NCBI GenBank assembly: GCA_008080745.1 | Contig: SHMX01000001.1 | Location: 30,001-62,000 of the forward strand | Reading direction: 5' to 3' | Source of the DNA: Candidatus Thorarchaeota archaeon | GTDB taxonomy: Archaea > Asgardarchaeota > Thorarchaeia > Thorarchaeales > Thorarchaeaceae | Length of the DNA: 32,000 bases | Part shown: piece by piece, positions 27,426 through 32,000 of the stretch | How the letters are laid out: each line of letters starts with the position of its first letter | Numbering within the stretch: position 1 is the first letter of the stretch | Program-made: the position numbers and the translations under genes | The notes under the pieces: generated by a model | What the model saw: the letters and a program-made list of their open reading frames with translations, nothing else | What the model was told of the DNA's origin: nothing | Database searches by the model: none

Positions 27426-28412
27426 ATGATAATGAACCCGAATGAAATTCGTTTTCAGACAGGAAGTATCCTAGAAGAAGAGATACCAAAGCTGGCAGAA
27501 TTTATTGTCGAAATACGTGAGGGTTCTGTATTAGCTCCTCCATATATGACCAAGGAAAAAATACGAAAACAACTTAGAAAATCGGTGGAGAGCGAAGAAT
27601 ATACTCAGATTATCGCAAGGGATGATCATGGACATGTTATGGGATTCATGTCAATTTTCACCGGTTTTGAATCCATGGCTTTCATATCAAGTTGGAATCC
27701 AATTGTGGTTGTGAATGAAAACGAAACAAGCATTGCAATAAGATTAGTCGAAAAAGCGAAGGAACTTGCAGTCAAGAGAAATATAGATAGATTAGAAGTA
27801 GTATTTCCCGATATCACCAAGGATCATAGAAAAGTCCTTGCAAAATTCATAGATGTGTACACCCATGCAGGGTTCAGATTAGCTTCAGAAGAGATAAAGA
27901 TGGAGCTGAATTTGGAACTAAATCCTCCCGATGTGCCTGAAATACCACAAGAGGTAAAAATTTGCAAACTAAGTGATATTTCGAATGATGAAATAAAAGA
28001 ATGCTTTGATGGTTCCTTTAAGAATAGTAGAGATCGCCTTTTTCTGAGTATGAATGAAGAACAACAAGAAATTAGCTTTAATTACTGGTTTAATAGAGAA
28101 CGCGATTTCAACGAACAAGCCTCTCTATTAATCCTAAGAGATATGTCTGTAATTGGATATTCCATAGTGCGACCTGATGATGATGTCATGTCAATAGGAC
28201 CTTTTGGAATTATTCCAAGTGAACAGAGGAAAGGACTGGGGAAGCTATTACTCTCACTCTCACTTAGAGAATTGCACAAGCAAGGAATATCTCATTTGAA
28301 AGTGGAAGTAGATAAGGATAACATCACTGCAAGAAAGATCTATGAAAAAGTTGGATTTAAGGAAACCACCTCACAAATATACTATTACTGGAGATCTGTT
28401 AGTGATTTTTGA
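27426..28412 (+). CDS. Tandem-domain GNAT acetyltransferase
   Basis: C-terminal GNAT motif A (FGIIPSEQRKGLGKLLL) and VDKDNITARKIYEKVGF; N-terminal degenerate GNAT ending YTHAGF. Confidence 0.85.
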   Translation: MIMNPNEIRFQTGSILEEEIPKLAEFIVEIREGSVLAPPYMTKEKIRKQLRKSVESEEYTQIIARDDHGHVMGFMSIFTGFESMAFISSWNPIVVVNENETSIAIRLVEKAKELAVKRNIDRLEVVFPDITKDHRKVLAKFIDVYTHAGFRLASEEIKMELNLELNPPDVPEIPQEVKICKLSDISNDEIKECFDGSFKNSRDRLFLSMNEEQQEISFNYWFNRERDFNEQASLLILRDMSVIGYSIVRPDDDVMSIGPFGIIPSEQRKGLGKLLLSLSLRELHKQGISHLKVEVDKDNITARKIYEKVGFKETTSQIYYYWRSVSDF

Positions 28413-29302
28413 TGGTGGAAAGAATGCCAAAAGTAGAAAATTTGGAATTTGAAATTCTATCAGACAATGTCGTAGATAGGAATGGACTCATTGGGTTACC
28501 AGGTTTCTCTGTATTAGTTAGTGCCTATCTCACCAACGGTGAACTTGTCCAAATTGTATTCGATACCACTAGCAACCCGGAAGAACTAAAGAAAAATATA
28601 GACTACTTAGATGTTGATCTTAGTCAAGTTCAACATGTTATTCTAAGTCATGGACATTGGGATCATGTAGCTGGGCTTGGGTTGATTTCTGAATTGATAA
28701 CAAAAAAAGTACCACTCATTTGTCATCCCCATGCTTTACTCCCAAAGTTGCGTAGTAAAAATGGAAAAGAACAAGATATTGGAATTCGAGAATACTTCAC
28801 TATTGGCGAGATTGAGGAGATGTATTCAGTTATGACTACAAGAAAACCATTCAAAATCACAGATTCAATCTTAACAACTGGAGAGATTCCACTAGAAACT
28901 ACTTATGAAAAAAAAGTGGGACGACTCAAAGATATAATGACGGTGATTGATGAGAAAAGAGTTCGAGATGAGATACTTGATGACTTGTCATTGATATTTA
29001 TCATGAGTGATGAAACACTAGTCATACTTACTGGATGTTGTCATGCAGGTCTTGTGAATACCATAAATCAAGCAATGAGAATTACTGGTATTTCCGTTGT
29101 AAAGTTCGTAATAGGAGGATTTCATCTGAGTGGTGCTTCTGAGGAACGATTGCAGAAGACCTGTGAGAAATTGAGAGCGGTTAGAATATCAGGCGTTGCT
29201 CCGGCTCACTGTACAGGGATAAAAGGGAAATGTAAACTTCTTAGTGAATTCAAAAAAGAATACAAAGAAGTAAGAGTAGGTACAAAATTTTCGATATCAT
29301 AG
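28412..29302 (+). CDS. MBL-fold metallo-hydrolase
   Basis: LSHGHWDH, DDLSL, TGCCHAG, IGGFHL, HCTG. ATG at 28412 overlaps the GNAT stop (TGATG). Confidence 0.9.
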   Translation: MVERMPKVENLEFEILSDNVVDRNGLIGLPGFSVLVSAYLTNGELVQIVFDTTSNPEELKKNIDYLDVDLSQVQHVILSHGHWDHVAGLGLISELITKKVPLICHPHALLPKLRSKNGKEQDIGIREYFTIGEIEEMYSVMTTRKPFKITDSILTTGEIPLETTYEKKVGRLKDIMTVIDEKRVRDEILDDLSLIFIMSDETLVILTGCCHAGLVNTINQAMRITGISVVKFVIGGFHLSGASEERLQKTCEKLRAVRISGVAPAHCTGIKGKCKLLSEFKKEYKEVRVGTKFSIS

Positions 29303-29344
29303 AAAGTCTTCATATTGGGGTATGAATTTTCAATCTTGGTAGAA

Positions 29345-31375
29345 ATGAGAACAATAGGTGTAGATGTTGGTGGTACCTTTACAGATATCATTCTATTTGA
29401 TTCTATGAGTGGTAAAATAGCAGTTCATAAAATACCATCAACACCAAACTCTCAAGACATAGCAGTGGTAAGGGGTATAGAGGAAATTCTGCAAAGAGAG
29501 CAAATCGAACCAGAATCCATCGATAGTGTTGTACATGGAACGACCGTTGCAACTAATGCCATGTTGGAGAGAAAAGGTGCGAGAGTAGGTCTTGTAACAA
29601 CAAAAGGAATAGAAGATGTGTTAGAGATTGGCAGACAGAATAGATTTGATATTTATGATATCCATGCAAGCAGGCCCGAACCGCTCGTAAGAAGATCTGA
29701 TAGAATTGGTGTAGCTGAACGATTAGATTCTAAAGGTATTCCACTATTAGAGTTGACCGAAGAGGAGATTAAAGGAGCTATATCCAGAATTAAAGAATTG
29801 GATTTGCAATCTATCGCAATATCACTGTTATTTTCTTATCAAAACCCAAAACATGAGCTCCAGTTGCTAAGCAGAATTAAACAAGAAACCAATCTATACA
29901 CGGTAGCATCATCTGGTGTTTTACCCGAATTCCGAGAATATGAGAGAACATCTACAACAGTTCTAGAGGCCTATTTAGGCCCACTGGTAATATCCTACCT
30001 AGAAAAACTAGAAGACTCGCTGAGAACGCTCTGCCCCAAGGCTAAACTAACAGTCATGCAATCAAATGGCGGAACTATTCTATGTTCCGAAACTGAAGGT
30101 AGAACAATTGGTTTAGCGATATCAGGTCTTGCGGGAGGAGTAATTGGAGGATGGAATATTGGAAGAAATTCCGGATATACTAAATCCATAACTTTGGATA
30201 TGGGAGGAACTTCATGCGATATCAGTTCAGTAGTAGAAAAAATAATCGTAAGACCAGATAACGATGTGGAAGGACTTCCTATCCGTGTGCCAGCTGTTGA
30301 TGTAAAAACAATCGGAGCAGGTGGAGGAAGTATAGCTTGGATTGATGAAATCGGAGTATTGCATGTGGGTCCACAGAGCGCTGGAGCTGAACCGGGACCT
30401 GCAGCATATGGCAAAGGGGGAGAAAAAGCTACTGTTACTGACGCGAATCTATTACTTGGAAGGCTTAATCCACATAATTTTCTGGGTGGACGTGTTCCAT
30501 TAGATGTTGTATCTTCAAGAGATGCCATCAAAAGGATAGCAGAATCACTCTCCCTATCAATTGAAAGAGCAGCATTAGGAATCATCAAAATTTCTACAAC
30601 CAATATGGTACAAGCAATTCGAGAAGTGACAGTTGAACGAGGTCATGATCCTAGAACATTCACCCTCATACCGTTTGGAGGGGCAGGTCCAACACAGTCC
30701 TGCGAGATTGCGGAGGTACTAGGAATCAACCAGGTGCTAGTACCACCGTATCCAGGAATAACTTCAGCATATGGTCTGATCGTGGCCGATTTTCGTGTTG
30801 ATACCATGAAGTCAGTAATGCTAACTGGGAAAAAAGAGGACGAAAAAATAATACAGGCTGTATTTGTAGAATTGAAGCAGAAAACCATTACGAGGTTGGT
30901 AAAACAGGGAGTAGATGAAAACTCGGTCAGGTTTGAGTTGGGTATTGATATGCGATATGCAGGTCAGTCTCATGAACTTGCTGTAGCTGTTTCTGATAAC
31001 TCAACTGATTACCTCACATCATCGAGAGAATTATTTGAGAGAATACACGAACAGGAGTTTGGATATAGATTACCTGATAGAGAGATAGAATGGGTTACTG
31101 TGAGAGTGGTAGGTGTTGCGCCTCAACTGGGGATTTCAAAAACAGAAATATCTCAAAGAAAAATAAAACAAAATATCCATAAACGAACTGTCATCATGCC
31201 GGATGGAAAGGAATATTCTACCAGAATATTTCAACGAGAGGGTCTCCAAGAGGGAGAAGTAATAGAGGGGCCAGCAATTGTGGAACAGTTAGACACGACA
31301 ATTGTTATTCCACCAAGTTGGAGAGCCATCCAACAAAAAAATGGTACCATGATCATCAGGAGGTTATCCACTTGA
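29345..31375 (+). CDS. Hydantoinase/5-oxoprolinase subunit A (HyuA/OplA family)
   Basis: IGVDVGGTFTD, HGTTVATNA, EYERTSTT, DMGGTSCDIS, IGAGGGSIA, GPQSAGAEPGPAAYGKGG, DMRYAGQSHEL. ATG 29345 preferred. Confidence 0.93.
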   Translation: MRTIGVDVGGTFTDIILFDSMSGKIAVHKIPSTPNSQDIAVVRGIEEILQREQIEPESIDSVVHGTTVATNAMLERKGARVGLVTTKGIEDVLEIGRQNRFDIYDIHASRPEPLVRRSDRIGVAERLDSKGIPLLELTEEEIKGAISRIKELDLQSIAISLLFSYQNPKHELQLLSRIKQETNLYTVASSGVLPEFREYERTSTTVLEAYLGPLVISYLEKLEDSLRTLCPKAKLTVMQSNGGTILCSETEGRTIGLAISGLAGGVIGGWNIGRNSGYTKSITLDMGGTSCDISSVVEKIIVRPDNDVEGLPIRVPAVDVKTIGAGGGSIAWIDEIGVLHVGPQSAGAEPGPAAYGKGGEKATVTDANLLLGRLNPHNFLGGRVPLDVVSSRDAIKRIAESLSLSIERAALGIIKISTTNMVQAIREVTVERGHDPRTFTLIPFGGAGPTQSCEIAEVLGINQVLVPPYPGITSAYGLIVADFRVDTMKSVMLTGKKEDEKIIQAVFVELKQKTITRLVKQGVDENSVRFELGIDMRYAGQSHELAVAVSDNSTDYLTSSRELFERIHEQEFGYRLPDREIEWVTVRVVGVAPQLGISKTEISQRKIKQNIHKRTVIMPDGKEYSTRIFQREGLQEGEVIEGPAIVEQLDTTIVIPPSWRAIQQKNGTMIIRRLST

Positions 31376-32000
31376 TTGATGATCCAATACTCTTTGAAGT
31401 AATTAAGAATTCATTAATATCATCATCCAGAGAGATGAGTCAAGCACTGAGGAGAACAGCATTTAGTCCAAATATCAAAGAGAGACGTGATTGTAGTTGT
31501 GCAATATTCGATACAACAGGTAGACTTGTTGCTCAATCTAAGGACATTCCAGTTCATCTTGGTGCAATGCCAATGTCCGTAAAGGCATGCATTGAACAAT
31601 TGGGAGAGGAAATGGTGGAAGACACCATGGCACTGCTAAATGATCCCTTTAGTGGAGGGTCACATCTACCGGATCTGACATTAGTTTCCCCGGTGTTTCA
31701 TAGGAACGAAAGAGTTGCATTTACAGCGAATCGAGCTCATCATGCAGATGTTGGTGGAATCAGTCCAGGTTCTATGCCAGGTATGGCAACATCCATTGAC
31801 GAGGAGGGCGTTCTCATAAAACCTAGGATTATCGTAAGAGATGGAAAATTAGTGAAGGAAACAATAGAAGATCTTCTTGATAGTACTAGAACCCCGAACG
31901 AACGACTTGGAGACCTATCAGCTCAGATTGCTGCAAATATTGTTGGAGGCAGAAGATTACAAGAAGTTGCAAAAAATCATGGCTGGGATATAGTTACTAG
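31372..32000 (+). CDS. Hydantoinase B/oxoprolinase subunit (truncated by window edge; not in ORF track)
   Basis: TTG 31372 overlaps the upstream stop, GGAGGT SD at 31359-31364. Hand translation MIDDPILFEVIKNSL...EMSQALRRTAFSPNIKERRDCSCAIFD...IPVHLGAM...LLNDPFSGGSHLPD...RAHHADVGGISPGSMP. Confidence 0.93.
   Translation, partial: MIDDPILFEVIKNSLISSSREMSQALRRTAFSPNIKERRDCSCAIFDTTGRLVAQSKDIPVHLGAMPMSVKACIEQLGEEMVEDTMALLNDPFSGGSHLPDLTLVSPVFHRNERVAFTANRAHHADVGGISPGSMPGMATSIDEEGVLIKPRIIVRDGKLVKETIEDLLDSTRTPNERLGDLSAQIAANIVGGRRLQEVAKNHGWDIVT

Noticed and set aside
29995-30603. 202-aa antisense ORF inside the hydantoinase A gene
   Set aside because: Mirror of a Gly/Ala-rich conserved coding region; no independent motif.
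1-32000. Transposases, integrases, defence systems, rRNA/tRNA
   Set aside because: None recognisable by eye; tRNAscan-SE and Infernal would be needed to exclude small RNAs formally.

Overview
Gene-dense archaeal chromosomal window, about 40% GC by eye. An HMf-type histone, an Orc1/Cdc6 homolog, a RadA homolog and a CXXC-type ThiI make it archaeal. An Asgard (Thorarchaeia-like) origin is my inference from gene style and the giant surface protein, not a database result. Left to right: partial OppB/DppB-like permease (-), malic enzyme, a membrane-anchored M28-fold protein with Ca-binding DxDxDG repeats (-), a GlcF/HdrD-like Fe-S gene plus GlcD-like FAD oxidoreductase, an Orc1/Cdc6 homolog, an orphan GcvH (-), a small Zn-ribbon protein (-), a RadA paralog, a 15 kb gene for a 5021-aa single-pass surface protein (-), a NodB/CE4-like deacetylase (-), a histone with a short basic N-extension (-), thiI (-), and a GNAT-MBL-hydantoinase/oxoprolinase A-B operon (B truncated). 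I saw no mobile elements, CRISPR arrays or RNA genes. Best leads: (i) three apparent pseudoenzymes with intact ORFs within 8 kb (Orc1/Cdc6 with all ATPase motifs substituted, RadA paralog lacking Walker A/B but keeping FxxA, M28 fold lacking Zn ligands); (ii) the giant adhesin/receptor-like protein with nested duplications and a 245-aa cytoplasmic tail. All alignments were done by eye against remembered family consensus.
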